The notes beneath the pieces are model-generated. The model was not told the origin of the DNA, made no database searches, and saw nothing but the letters and a program-made list of their open reading frames with translations. The translations under genes were made by a program, and so were the position numbers. This document shows, in pieces, positions 1 to 10,054 of a stretch of 61,430 nucleotides of DNA. This stretch comes from an uncultured bacterium (lineage in GTDB: Bacteria > CSSED10-310 > CAZUFC01): assembly GCA_964619725.1 (NCBI GenBank), contig CAZUFC010000033.1, forward strand, positions 5,276 to 66,705, given 5' to 3'. Numbering within the stretch: the first letter of the stretch is position 1; each line of letters opens with the position of its first letter.

Positions 1-295
1 GCGATAGCGTCACCGTCGGAGTCAACGTCGGCGTATCGGTCGGTGAGAGCGTCACCGTCGGAGTCAACGTCGGCGTATCAGTGGGCGATAGCGTCACCGT
101 CGGAGTCAACGTCGGCGTATCGGTCGGTGAGAGCGTCACTGTCGGAGTCAACGTCGGCGTATCAGTGGGCGATAACGTCACTGTCGGAGTCAACGTCGGC
201 GTATCAGTGGGCGATAACGTCACCGTCGGAGTCAACGTCGGCGTATCAGTGGGCGATAGCGTCACCGTCGGAGTCAACGTCACTGTTGGAGATAA
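1..295 (-). repeat. Intragenic 42-bp tandem repeat (about 7 units) encoding [14 protein letters not shown]
   Basis: The unit gtcaccgtcggagtcaacgtcggcgtatc(a/g)gt(g/c)gg(c/t)ga(t/g)a(g/a)c repeats head to tail. Confidence 0.9.
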
Positions 296-1513
296 CGTCG
301 GCGTGTCGGTCGGAGACAATGTAACAGTCGGGGTCAGTGTGGGACTCTCGGTCGGCGTCAACGTGACGGTCGGAGTTAACGTTGGAGTTAAAGTTTCGGT
401 TGGCGACAATGTCGGACTGGCTGTAGGAGTATTCGTCGGCGGGTCTGCCGTCACCGTTAATTCAAACGTGTCGCTCGCCGTTCCTCCCCTTCCGTCGTCC
501 GCCGTTACTTTTATATTGATCGTTCCCGCGTCGCCGCCTCCCGGCGTTCCGCTGAAAGTCCTGGACCCCGACGTAAAAGACAACCACCCCGGAAGAGGAT
601 CATCATTTGATAAAGTCGCCGAATAATCCAGCGTATCCCCGTCGTCATCGTGGAATGTGTCTGCCGGAAAAGCGTAAGAGAATGCTGCCCCAACACCGGC
701 GTTCTGATCAGGAATAGTATTCTGAACAGTCGGCGACGAGTTGCTCTGAAATGTACCGCCGCTGATGAAACATACTGCATCAACAATATGATCCCCCATA
801 TCGGCAATTGCAAATTTCATATGATTCGTCTCCCCCACGTTTACCGTCGTCGTTGCATCCAGTTCAATGCTGAAACCGCTGAAAACATTGTTCAGATGAT
901 TGTCTTCATTACTTTCATAATATGGACCGGAAGAATCTATGGTAGTTACGCTTACACGGTCTCCGTTCGGCAGCAACGCCACGTTCGTCCCGTTGACGAA
1001 TAATCCGAAAGCGTCATCCCAGGACCCCCCAAACATCTCCTCGGAACCGAAACGATAAGTAAAAAATATCGTGTCGTTCTCCGGTACGAAATCGAATTCC
1101 AGGACAAAAGCATCAAACGTATCATCACCGACCAGGGTCGTCAAATCAGCATCGCCCGGTTGACCAACATCTGTATCTGCCCATTCGGACGAATCCTTGG
1201 TTATATCCGACACCTGACCGTTTGACATTACTACCCCCGTCTCGAATCCCAGGCCGCCTCCATTGTCGAATATGCCGGCGGCACGGTCATCTCCACTGGT
1301 CTCGATGTTCGATATCGTACAACTGCTCTCCGCTCCCAGTATCGAATCCACCAGCATCTCTTTCGTAACTCCCTCCGTCATATCCTGCACCGTTATCGTG
1401 CTCGCCTTTGTCGCTGATCCGCTGAATATTATTGCTGCTGTCATAAAACCCGTCAGAAGCCATATCCCCGAATTATCCAATGATAAATAATTGCACTCGC
1501 TTAACCTTCTCAA
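1..1513 (-). CDS. Secreted surface protein, 3' end beyond the window edge: choice-of-anchor-L-like domain, Ig/cadherin-like domain, Pro/Thr repeats; paralog of 1717..4272
   Basis: Absent from the ORF track because there is no stop in the window. Manual minus-strand translation gives [60 protein letters not shown], colinear with the next gene. AAAGGAG lies 8 nt upstream of TTG at 1513. Confidence 0.85.
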   Translation of the reverse strand, partial: MRRLSECNYLSLDNSGIWLLTGFMTAAIIFSGSATKASTITVQDMTEGVTKEMLVDSILGAESSCTISNIETSGDDRAAGIFDNGGGLGFETGVVMSNGQVSDITKDSSEWADTDVGQPGDADLTTLVGDDTFDAFVLEFDFVPENDTIFFTYRFGSEEMFGGSWDDAFGLFVNGTNVALLPNGDRVSVTTIDSSGPYYESNEDNHLNNVFSGFSIELDATTTVNVGETNHMKFAIADMGDHIVDAVCFISGGTFQSNSSPTVQNTIPDQNAGVGAAFSYAFPADTFHDDDGDTLDYSATLSNDDPLPGWLSFTSGSRTFSGTPGGGDAGTINIKVTADDGRGGTASDTFELTVTADPPTNTPTASPTLSPTETLTPTLTPTVTLTPTESPTLTPTVTLSPTDTPTLSPTVTLTPTVTLSPTDTPTLTPTVTLSPTDTPTLTPTVTLSPTDTPTLTPTVTLSPTDTPTLTPTVTLSPTDTPTLTPTVTLSPTDTPTLTPTVTLS

Positions 1514-1596
1514 ACTTAATGCTCCTTTCAAAATAATATGCTTTGCCCCCTGCATAAACCCCACAAAACAGTCCTTAGCTAGAACCCTTTATCAGC

Positions 1597-1614
1597 TTGC
1601 AAAATACATTCCCG
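1597..1614 (-). promoter_or_regulatory. Putative sigma54 (-24/-12) promoter
   Basis: Minus strand reads cgGG-aatgtatttt-GCaa (GG-N10-GC with TTGCA). The motif sits at the same position upstream of the paralog. Confidence 0.6.
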
Positions 1615-1716
1615 GTATTGGTGTCCGCTTTTGAATTCCGAAGTTTCTATGCTCCTGTCAATCCAGAAAACAAAACGCCGGCGCTTTGTTGCTTATATTT
1701 ACTAAAGTCCGGATTC

Positions 1717-4272
1717 TCAGGGTCCATAGGAAAACTCTACGATGGAATACCGTCCGACGATAGAGTTGAAATCAGGGGACAGGAGCGCGCCCATCAGCCT
1801 GATTCCTGAATCCTGTTGATTGACATTCGGCCATACGAAATTCATCAGTTCGCCGTGAGTTACGCCTACACGGAGATTCAGCGGAATGTAGTCCATGACA
1901 GGAGTCCAGTACGGATACCACAGGAAAATGCCGTGAGCATCCAGCAGCAGTACGAACGGTATGTTTTCGTAAGTCTGCGGTCCGGGATTGGTTATGTATG
2001 TGTGCAGGATAAACTGCTCGCCGGGACTGAAATGATCGGAAGATAAAATCAACTCAACCCCCAGGGATTCCGGGATGGGAGTTGAAGTAGGTTCAGGCTC
2101 CTGGGTTCTTTCCGGGACTGAAGTTCGTGTCGGCGTATTGGTCGGCGTTCTTGTCCGGGTATTCGTAGGGGTCATTGTCGGCGACCAGCTCGGCGCAATC
2201 GTCGAAAAAGGCGTGGCAGTAAAAGTGGGAGTAGAAGTAAAAGTCGGCATCGGTTGATCGGTCGGAGTCGCTGTAGGAGTCCAGGTCGGAGGATTCGTGG
2301 GGAAGGGTTCTCCCGTAGGAGTTTTCGTGGGAGTGTTTGTCGGTTCGGGCGTCGGTCTGATTATTTCACCGCAACCCAGCCATTCCAGGACATTTATCAA
2401 AAGTAGTCTTCCCTTCAAGGGGTCAGTGTTCCTTACTGCCGACCAGGATGTACCGAAGAAAACCGTTTTCCATCTTGCATGCTCGATATCCTCATGACGA
2501 ATGTTGGTCGCAACTTTGTCCTCGTTGTTGAAACACGAATTCGCGGTTTCCGCCGGCTCAACCGCATCTGAGAAATCTGAAAAACCCATCACATAATTCA
2601 GCTCAAGATGCCCGAAACCATCGCCGATCGGATCGCCGCTTAAACCGGTCAGCGCTTCAGTTCCATGATCGTTTTCATAATCCTCGATGCCCAGGTAATT
2701 TTCAGCGAAATCCGTTAGCCCCGCGTCCATCAGATAATCCTGTGAAGACAGAAACAATCTTCCGCCGCAGTTTAAATAGGCCGAAAGGTTTTGAACATCA
2801 ATTTCATTCGGCCCGGCGCTGCCCTGGAATCCGTATTTGTCTCCGGAAAACCATATGATCAATCCGTAATGCAACATAAGCTCAAAACCGGGCCCGTCGG
2901 CATCCGCTCCGCCTACGTCGAAAACAGTGTAACGAACGTCCAGTTCATCCAAAGCGGAGGTGTAATGATCAACCAGGTCCGGAGAATTGTTGTCGTCGTC
3001 GACCAATAATATATTGCAGTCAAAAAGAAACGGCGTGGGAGAAGGAGTCAATGTGGGCGTGAGCGTAGACGTCAGCGTCGGTGAAAGAGTCGGCGTTGGA
3101 GAGATCGTCGGACTGTACGTCGGAGTCAATGTCGGACTTAATGTCGGTGTTTTCGTCGGCGTATACGTGGGCGACAAGGTGGCCGTCGGCGTGCTCGTCG
3201 GCGGCTTCGGCAATATGTTCAACTCAAAAATATCGCTGACGCTTCCGCCCCTCCCGTCGTCCGCCGTTACCTTGACTTCAAGCGTTCCTATATCCCCGAT
3301 TCCAGGAGTGCCGTCGAATTCCCCTGTCTGGGACGTAAAAGACAGCCATTCCGGCAACGGATCGTCATTCGACATTGCCGCCGCATATTCGAGCTCATCT
3401 CCGTCATCATCATGGAACGTATCTGCCGGAAAAGCATAGGTGAACGTCACATCCACGATTATATCCTGATCAGGTATCGGATTCTGCACCACAGGCGATG
3501 AATTGGTCTGAAATGTCCCGGCTCCGATGAAACATGCTGAATCAACCATGGTATCCCATATATCCGCGACAGCTATCTTCATGTGATTCGTCTCGCCCGC
3601 ATTTACCGCTGCAGTGGCCGTCAGTTCGATGCTGAAACCGCTGAAAACGTTATTTAAATGATTGTCATTGTTACTTTCATAATAAGAACCATGTCCTATG
3701 TTGGCGACGCTTACCCGAGCTCCGTTCGGCAATAACGCAACGTTTGTCCCATTAACGAATATCGCAAACGCATCATCGGAAAAACCGGAAAAATCATTCT
3801 CGGAACCGAAACGATAATTGAAAAATATACCGTCGCTCTCCGGAACGAAATTGAATTCCAATACGAAAGCATCATTCGTATCCTCACCCGTCAGCTCCGT
3901 TAAATCCGTATCTCCGGCCTGACCCAGTTGCGTGTCCGCATATTCAAATGAATCTTTCGTTATGTCTGATGCCATTCCGCTCGAAATGACCACACCTGTC
4001 TCGAATCCTAATCCGTCTCCTGAGCTGAATATGCCCGCTGCCCGGTCATCGCCCGTAATCTGTATGTCCGATACCGTACAGCCGCTCTCCTCACCCAATA
4101 TCGCCTCCGCAAGGTCCGCACCCGTTACTCCCTCCGTAATGTCTTCAACCGTTATTGAACTCGCCCCGGCTCCCGAACCGCTCAATATCAGCGCCATCGT
4201 CACAATTGCCGTCGAAAAAATGACCCCAATCCGATGAATAAAAAAATATTTGTAATTCCGTAACCTCACCAA
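1717..4272 (-). CDS. Secreted surface protein: choice-of-anchor-L-like domain, Ig/cadherin-like domain, P/T linkers, alpha/beta domain, conserved C-terminal domain
   Basis: Signal-peptide-like N-terminus; [72 protein letters not shown] repeats. Start moved from 4290 to the TTG at 4272 that follows AAAGGAG. Confidence 0.85.
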   Translation of the reverse strand: MVRLRNYKYFFIHRIGVIFSTAIVTMALILSGSGAGASSITVEDITEGVTGADLAEAILGEESGCTVSDIQITGDDRAAGIFSSGDGLGFETGVVISSGMASDITKDSFEYADTQLGQAGDTDLTELTGEDTNDAFVLEFNFVPESDGIFFNYRFGSENDFSGFSDDAFAIFVNGTNVALLPNGARVSVANIGHGSYYESNNDNHLNNVFSGFSIELTATAAVNAGETNHMKIAVADIWDTMVDSACFIGAGTFQTNSSPVVQNPIPDQDIIVDVTFTYAFPADTFHDDDGDELEYAAAMSNDDPLPEWLSFTSQTGEFDGTPGIGDIGTLEVKVTADDGRGGSVSDIFELNILPKPPTSTPTATLSPTYTPTKTPTLSPTLTPTYSPTISPTPTLSPTLTSTLTPTLTPSPTPFLFDCNILLVDDDNNSPDLVDHYTSALDELDVRYTVFDVGGADADGPGFELMLHYGLIIWFSGDKYGFQGSAGPNEIDVQNLSAYLNCGGRLFLSSQDYLMDAGLTDFAENYLGIEDYENDHGTEALTGLSGDPIGDGFGHLELNYVMGFSDFSDAVEPAETANSCFNNEDKVATNIRHEDIEHARWKTVFFGTSWSAVRNTDPLKGRLLLINVLEWLGCGEIIRPTPEPTNTPTKTPTGEPFPTNPPTWTPTATPTDQPMPTFTSTPTFTATPFSTIAPSWSPTMTPTNTRTRTPTNTPTRTSVPERTQEPEPTSTPIPESLGVELILSSDHFSPGEQFILHTYITNPGPQTYENIPFVLLLDAHGIFLWYPYWTPVMDYIPLNLRVGVTHGELMNFVWPNVNQQDSGIRLMGALLSPDFNSIVGRYSIVEFSYGP

Positions 4273-4354
4273 CTTCTCCGCTCCTTTCAAAGTTTATTGT
4301 GTTTTCCCTCTTTACTCCCTACAAAATAGTCCCTAAAAGAACCGGAACACTCTC

Positions 4355-4371
4355 TGCAATAAACGTTCCTG
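4355..4371 (-). promoter_or_regulatory. Putative sigma54 (-24/-12) promoter
   Basis: Minus strand reads caGG-aacgtttatt-GCa (GG-N10-GC). Confidence 0.6.
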
Positions 4372-4725
4372 ACCGTTAGCGTCCGTTTATGAACCACCGC
4401 TTCGCCGGCAACGACAACGATTCATCAGATAACATATTGATAAGTAATGAAGTAAGGCTTATCCTAATACGTATTCCCCGGAAGCGGGGGATTTTTTTCA
4501 CTTGAAATTTTATAAAACTATTGTGGAGTTTTGGTTAAAAAATCCACCATTTTTTGTCAATATCAGGAATTGTGCAATTACGGACAGGAGCGCACACCCT
4601 TATCGGCCGGCATTCCGTTCTTCCCCGCCGGACTCATTTTTTCCTATGATAAAAACCGACAACCCTCACGCTGTCTTTGCCTGACAGTCAAGCTTTAGAT
4701 CAAAGCATAAGTTTTAAGCGTAACC

Positions 4726-5319
4726 TTACAGATATAAATCAGCGAAAAAGTCTGCGATTTGCTTTATGGATTTCTCTACAGGCTCTGACAGTTTGAACGG
4801 TTCTTCAAATATCGCCGGCTGGATGCCCAATAACGCCACCTCACAGCGGACGGTCTCTTTTATGTATCTGATTAATACGGAAAGAGGCATTCGGTGAGTC
4901 GTCGGCTCTCCTTCCTGGATATTTTCAGGTTCAATCAGAAACACAGAGCCGGGTGGGAAATCCGCATGAGCGCCGTCGATGATGACGACATGCGTAGGAT
5001 TATATTTTCTTATTGTACCTGTATAATATTCCGGAAATTGACCGGCCGGAATCACGTATAATTTTTCTGATTCTTTATGCTTCAGCCTGCCTTTTATTTC
5101 TCTCGCGCACGCGTTTCCCGCTCCGTCATCCCCGCTCTCCTCAGCCCCTATTCCCAGTACAACCAGTCGTTCAACTTTCGCTAACCTGTCCTTAAGCTCT
5201 TTCCGCCATTCGATTTTACTTTTGTCTCTCATCATGGTCTTCAAAAAGTCTGTATCTGTAGAATGACGATCAATTGTCTTTTCCAGAATTTCCGGCAGAT
5301 GTGCAATATTCTCCGGCAC
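4726..5319 (-). CDS. hycI: Hydrogenase maturation endopeptidase (HycI-like)
   Basis: VVLGIG..GDDGAG, IIDGA and TTHRMPL motifs; last gene of the hydrogenase operon. The start is uncertain and may be near 5234. Confidence 0.88.
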   Translation of the reverse strand: MPENIAHLPEILEKTIDRHSTDTDFLKTMMRDKSKIEWRKELKDRLAKVERLVVLGIGAEESGDDGAGNACAREIKGRLKHKESEKLYVIPAGQFPEYYTGTIRKYNPTHVVIIDGAHADFPPGSVFLIEPENIQEGEPTTHRMPLSVLIRYIKETVRCEVALLGIQPAIFEEPFKLSEPVEKSIKQIADFFADLYL

Positions 5320-5373
5320 CCTGACATTCTGTTAGTTACCGAACGTTTTATCGTCAACTGTGCAGGACTGCGG

Positions 5374-5838
5374 CTATTTGCTTTTATTCTTTTTTTTCTT
5401 GTTATTTTTTTTGCTGGAATCGGCCGACTTATCATCTTCATCGCCGCTTTCTTCTTCATCCTCAGGCGGCCAATCTTCAGGCATGAATTCAATTTTCAAG
5501 GCATGGCGGTCAAAAGCAGCCAACTCGAATTCGGCGTCCATCGTATAAGTATCAGTAGGGCAGGTGTCGACGCATTGAGCGCAATGAATGCATCGATCAT
5601 TGTGCAGAATCATTTTGAATTTCTTTTTTTCTTTTGAAAGAGTGATGATTTCGATGGCTTCTGCAGGGCAATCTCTTTCGCACATATGACAACCGATGCA
5701 TTTTTCAGCGTGGAATACCGGGGACCCCCTGAAATCTTTGGGCACTTTCAACTTTTGAAAAGGATATTGAACGGTGACGGGTTTTTTAAAGAGATGCCGA
5801 AGCAGTTCCGGCAGATAGGAAGCGACTCTTTTTCTCAT
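5374..5838 (-). CDS. Hydrogenase 2x[4Fe-4S] subunit (NuoI/MbhN-like)
   Basis: TVQYP..FRG, CIGCHMCERDCP and CIHCAQCVDTCP. Confidence 0.92.
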   Translation of the reverse strand: MRKRVASYLPELLRHLFKKPVTVQYPFQKLKVPKDFRGSPVFHAEKCIGCHMCERDCPAEAIEIITLSKEKKKFKMILHNDRCIHCAQCVDTCPTDTYTMDAEFELAAFDRHALKIEFMPEDWPPEDEEESGDEDDKSADSSKKNNKKKKNKSK

Positions 5839-6806
5839 TATAGCATTCCCTTTACAAGAATAACGATGACGAGTTGAAGGACGGCGAGTGGCGCCAGGTA
5901 TTTCCAGGAAAACTTGACCATTTGATCGATGCGCAAGCGAGCGCAGGCAGCTCTCATAGCGGCTAAAATAAATATAATGAACAGCGTTTTAATGACGAAA
6001 TGAATAAAACCGATGAACACACCGCCGGGGAAACCACCCAGAAAAATAGCGGCGATAAGTCCGCTTCCGACTACCATTTCTATATCGGTCATAAGCCTGA
6101 AGAAGGCCAGTTTTCTACCGGAATATTCCGTGAAAGCGCCGCCCACGATTTCGGTTTCTGCATGCGGAATATCGAAAGGTACCCTTTCCAGTTTGGCCTG
6201 TAATGAAATAACCGCAACGGCAAACCCGATTATGTTGACGGGGATAAGCCAGGGTTGCGCCTGATAGAACCTGGCGATATCCAGTATCCGCCAGGAATCG
6301 GCCAGAATTGCCGGAGCCAGCGCCGCCAGGAGCATAGGTACCTCGTAACCGAAAAACATGGTCAGAACCCTGACTCCGCCGATGGCTGAAAAAATGCTGG
6401 TGGAATGCCATCCCGCCAGAAAGATAATGAGAGTCGGCAGACTCAGCAGGTAAACGACAACGATCAGGTCGCCGGGAAATGAATTGTAAGTGGCGATATC
6501 AGCGGTATAATGCCATACAGGCAAATAAAGCGCTGCCGTGCAGACGACAGCCAGGGCGAAAACAGGAAGCGCGGAAAAAACCTTCTTGTCCGCCATCTCC
6601 GGCACCAGGTCCTCTTTTCCCAACAGCTTAATGATGTCCGCAACGGGTTGCAGAATGCCCGACCGCCCCGTATGCATTGGCCCCAGACGGTTCTGCATCC
6701 TCGCATACAATTTCCGGTCAAACCATTCGCAAAATGTCGAATATACCAGTAAAAACAGTAATCCCGGATATACCAAAATGTACAAAACTGGTTTTAAAAC
6801 GGCCAT
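5838..6806 (-). CDS. Membrane subunit, NuoH/MbhM-like
   Basis: DRKLYARMQNRLGP, LQPVADIIKLLGKE, PFDIPHAETEIVGG..TEYSG. Start reassigned to the ATG of MAVLKP, which follows an AGAGG RBS. Confidence 0.92.
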   Translation of the reverse strand: MAVLKPVLYILVYPGLLFLLVYSTFCEWFDRKLYARMQNRLGPMHTGRSGILQPVADIIKLLGKEDLVPEMADKKVFSALPVFALAVVCTAALYLPVWHYTADIATYNSFPGDLIVVVYLLSLPTLIIFLAGWHSTSIFSAIGGVRVLTMFFGYEVPMLLAALAPAILADSWRILDIARFYQAQPWLIPVNIIGFAVAVISLQAKLERVPFDIPHAETEIVGGAFTEYSGRKLAFFRLMTDIEMVVGSGLIAAIFLGGFPGGVFIGFIHFVIKTLFIIFILAAMRAACARLRIDQMVKFSWKYLAPLAVLQLVIVILVKGML

Positions 6807-8020
6807 ACTGCATCCTCTTTCCTGATTTCGGCTGATTTGTATTTCTGGTTCGCTAATTGTCTCAATTCGCTGAAACTTTTTACCCTTCTTTCCCCGGTGC
6901 GCACGTCTCTCAGTTCGACCATTCGCTCCGCACAGCAAATGCAGGGGTCAATGGCAGCGAAAATAATCGGTATGTCCGCCACAAATCCTGACTTGAGCAT
7001 TTCGATAGTCGCCGGATAATTCCCCAAAGTCGGCGCACGGACTTTTATCCTTTCAGGATTCTTCTTACCTCCTGATTTAATATAATGTATGTTCTCACCT
7101 CGCGGCGCCTCATACCGGCTTACCACTTCCTTCTCTCCCTTAACCTTCTTCGGAACCTTTTTAACTTTAATATCTCCGTCCGGGAGATTCTTCAGCAAAA
7201 ACTCAATTATCTTGTAAGATTCCAGTATCTCTTTTATTCTTACCACCGTACGCCCCAAAACATCGCATGTATCAGCCGTCGCTACCTCAAACTCCACTTC
7301 ATCATACGCGGCATAAGGGTCATCCCGCCTGATGTCGCTCGGTACATCCGAAGCCCTCAAAACCGGTCCTACCGCACACAGCGCCTTCGCTTTCTCCTTC
7401 GGCAGCAAGCCCACTCCCGCTACACGCGCTAAAAATGTCGGTTCTATAGAGCCGATTTTCAAGTAAAATTCTGTTCTCTTCTGCAGATGCTTCAGAGATT
7501 CCAGAATATTTTTCTTCTGTTGAGAATCAATATCCCGTCTGACGCCTCCGATCGTATTCAGCGCATAATGTATGCGGTTACCCGACATAACTTCCAGCAT
7601 ATCCAGGACCGTCTCCCTGTCCCGCCAGGTATACATGAAAAGAGTATCGAATCCCACTTCATGGCCGGCCACGCCGAGCCACAGCAAATGACTGTGCACA
7701 CGCTCCAGTTCACAGCATATCATCCTGATGTAAAGTCCTCTCTTCGGAACTTCAAGCTCCATCAGTTCTTCCATACCCTGACAATAACAGGTGGTATGAG
7801 AGAAAGAACAAATGCCGCATATTCTCTCCAGCAGATATATGTTCTGGATATAGTTTCTCTGTTCCGCAACCTTTTCTATTCCCCGGTGATTGTAACCCAG
7901 CCGAAGATCAGCATCTTTTATCACTTCGCCCTCGATGGTCATCCTGATGCTCAAGGGTTCCTTCAAAGCCGGATGCTGAGGACCTATCGGAATTTTTACG
8001 TTTTCCATGATATTGTTCAC
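6794..8020 (-). CDS. Group 4 [NiFe]-hydrogenase large subunit
   Basis: GPQHP, HRGIEK, L1 motif ERICGICS, L2 motif DPCICCAER followed by a C-terminal extension of about 40 aa. Confidence 0.95.
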   Translation of the reverse strand: MNNIMENVKIPIGPQHPALKEPLSIRMTIEGEVIKDADLRLGYNHRGIEKVAEQRNYIQNIYLLERICGICSFSHTTCYCQGMEELMELEVPKRGLYIRMICCELERVHSHLLWLGVAGHEVGFDTLFMYTWRDRETVLDMLEVMSGNRIHYALNTIGGVRRDIDSQQKKNILESLKHLQKRTEFYLKIGSIEPTFLARVAGVGLLPKEKAKALCAVGPVLRASDVPSDIRRDDPYAAYDEVEFEVATADTCDVLGRTVVRIKEILESYKIIEFLLKNLPDGDIKVKKVPKKVKGEKEVVSRYEAPRGENIHYIKSGGKKNPERIKVRAPTLGNYPATIEMLKSGFVADIPIIFAAIDPCICCAERMVELRDVRTGERRVKSFSELRQLANQKYKSAEIRKEDAVWPF

Positions 8021-8490
8021 CTCCGGGGCTCAGGAATTATTTCTTCCGGACGTTCGAATGTCCAATCTTTTCGCAGCGGATATTCTCCTTCAGGCCAATC
8101 ATCGGCCAGCAACAACGGCCTGTTGTCGGGAATATTCTCCACTACGATTCCGAACATATCCTGAATTTCCCTCTCATATAATAAGGCGCCGGGAATAATT
8201 TCAGAAATGGTCGGAACGGTCGGGTTTTCCCTGGGAGCGGTGCAGCGGAGGTTGACCTGGGCTGTAAGACTCGCCATATGGTAAATAATTTCAAAATTTT
8301 CATCCAGGTCCACGCCTGAAATAGTGGAAACGTGATAAATGTCCAGTTTATCCTTAAGGAAAGCAACGGCCTCCGGCACATGCTCACGATCTACAGTAAG
8401 ATAAATTCTTCTTGGCGCAGGATTGGTCAGCTCCAATACTTTATCGCCCAGGTTCTTTTTTATTTCCTTTAATATTTCGTCGTCCTTCAT
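8017..8490 (-). CDS. NuoC/MbhK-like subunit
   Basis: TISGVD, YEREIQDMFGI, DWPEGEYPLRKD. Confidence 0.92.
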   Translation of the reverse strand: MKDDEILKEIKKNLGDKVLELTNPAPRRIYLTVDREHVPEAVAFLKDKLDIYHVSTISGVDLDENFEIIYHMASLTAQVNLRCTAPRENPTVPTISEIIPGALLYEREIQDMFGIVVENIPDNRPLLLADDWPEGEYPLRKDWTFERPEEIIPEPRR

Positions 8491-8918
8491 TTTTTCCCTT
8501 TCAGTTTGTCCAGCAACTTGGCCACGCCGTCAATCACAGCATCGGGACGGACAGGGCAGCCGGGGATATAGGCATCAACGGGAATGGCCTGGTCGATGCC
8601 GCCCAACACATTGTATGAACCCCGATAAACGCATCCGGACAGGGCGCAGGCGCCGACAGCGACTACGAATTTCGGTTCCGGAATTTGCTCATATATGCGT
8701 ATCACCCGGCTCTTGTTCTGCCTCGTTATCGGACCGGTGCAAATGAGGACGTCGGCATGACGGGGAGTAGCTTTCAAAAGCACTCCGAACCTCTCCAGGT
8801 CGAAACGGGGCATCAGAGCGGCCAGTATTTCTATATCGCAGGCGTTGCAGGCGCCTGTATTCAAATGAAGTATCCACGGCGATTTTACTCGCGACCAGTT
8901 GATTAGTTTCTTCAGCAT
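8487..8918 (-). CDS. Hydrogenase small subunit (NuoB/MbhJ-like)
   Basis: GACNACDIE, PRHADVL, GACALSG, YIPGCPVRP. Confidence 0.94.
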   Translation of the reverse strand: MLKKLINWSRVKSPWILHLNTGACNACDIEILAALMPRFDLERFGVLLKATPRHADVLICTGPITRQNKSRVIRIYEQIPEPKFVVAVGACALSGCVYRGSYNVLGGIDQAIPVDAYIPGCPVRPDAVIDGVAKLLDKLKGKK

Positions 8919-8919
8919 T

Positions 8920-9255
8920 TTATTCCCTTATTATTAAAGCTAAAATCGAAAGAAAAATCATACCCAGATAAATCAGTCCGAAATAAACCGTCGGTCCCTT
9001 GGGCAATGTAGCGACCACCAGCGCCGCAATGTGCATGATGGTATAGAACAGCGCAATAAAGAAAAAAAGTTTGTATCCGACCGGTATTTTGTATCCGGGA
9101 ATGTCTTCACCGCAGGCATAAGCCTTCAGTTTTCCTCCGATTTCCTTGACTTTGGGTGCAGCGCGTCCCGCAATAAAATAAAAGAGCGTAAAAACCGCCA
9201 GGAAAAAGATAAAGGCCACAGGCGGCGACAGCAGAATTTCAGCCCAAAAGTTCAT
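8920..9255 (-). CDS. NuoA-like membrane subunit
   Basis: Three hydrophobic segments with a YACGE loop. Confidence 0.8.
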   Translation of the reverse strand: MNFWAEILLSPPVAFIFFLAVFTLFYFIAGRAAPKVKEIGGKLKAYACGEDIPGYKIPVGYKLFFFIALFYTIMHIAALVVATLPKGPTVYFGLIYLGMIFLSILALIIRE

Positions 9256-9261
9256 TTTCCT

Positions 9262-9570
9262 CTATCCCTTCAATTTGGTTAACTTTCTTATATCCAAACT
9301 TTTTGTGTGACGATAAGCATTGATCACGATCGCCAGTGCAGTCGCCAGCAAACTCACATCAACGACAATCACCGTAATAGCGAGACTTTGAGCGACCATT
9401 ACGTTGTTTTTGACGAATCCGGTCGCGATAATGGCCAATGCTATTGCCTTAGCGATTATTTCAACTCCAATCAGCAATTTGATCAGGTTCTTCATCGTCA
9501 GAAGACAATAGATGCCTATAAAAATCAGCGTCAATGAAAAGCCCAGGTTTAAATACCAGAAATCATTCAT
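9262..9570 (-). CDS. NuoK/MrpC-like membrane subunit
   Basis: GIYCLLTMKNLIKLLIGVEI and a C-terminal KLKG. Start reassigned to MNDFW. Confidence 0.85.
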   Translation of the reverse strand: MNDFWYLNLGFSLTLIFIGIYCLLTMKNLIKLLIGVEIIAKAIALAIIATGFVKNNVMVAQSLAITVIVVDVSLLATALAIVINAYRHTKSLDIRKLTKLKG

Positions 9571-10045
9571 TCTCGTCGTTCCTTTTTCGGAATAAAGCCA
9601 GTACGGCGAATACCCCGGCAAATATTATACCAATATGGCCCACCAGATCAAAAGTGCGCCGTCCCCACAGGACTTCTCTGAAAGAACCTTCGGCAGCGTT
9701 GTGCAGAACAGGAATCTGACCGCCCAGGTTCATCATAATCAATAGATCAATCAGTATGAAAATAACGAAAAAGACAGGGAAAATATATATCGGGGCCTTG
9801 CTTTCCTTTACTTCGCTTTCGCCCCTGGTCAGGGTTATGACCGTGATGAACAGGACCGTGACGAGCCCGGCCACGACTGATATTTCAAAGACGCCGGCAT
9901 AAGGAGCATCCATGCGAAAGAAGAGTATAGCAAGAAAGATGCTGCCTGCAGCCAGACAGATTGCCGATTTGAGCAGGTCGCGCAACATGACGGCCATTAT
10001 GGAAAAAGCGAGTAAACATATTAGTAGAAAAAGCTGCAAGTGCAT
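9563..10045 (-). CDS. NuoJ/MbhD-E-like membrane subunit
   Basis: RDLLKSAICLA, APYAGVFEISVVAGL, LWGRRTFD. Confidence 0.8.
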   Translation of the reverse strand: MHLQLFLLICLLAFSIMAVMLRDLLKSAICLAAGSIFLAILFFRMDAPYAGVFEISVVAGLVTVLFITVITLTRGESEVKESKAPIYIFPVFFVIFILIDLLIMMNLGGQIPVLHNAAEGSFREVLWGRRTFDLVGHIGIIFAGVFAVLALFRKRNDENE

Positions 10046-10054
10046 GATTTTCTC

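Noticed and set aside
1-626. Plus-strand ORFs (VGVNVGVS.. and SESTSAYQ..) and a CRISPR-like periodicity
   Set aside because: They are antisense shadows of the Pro/Thr linker. The repeats are contiguous with no unique spacers, and no cas genes are present.
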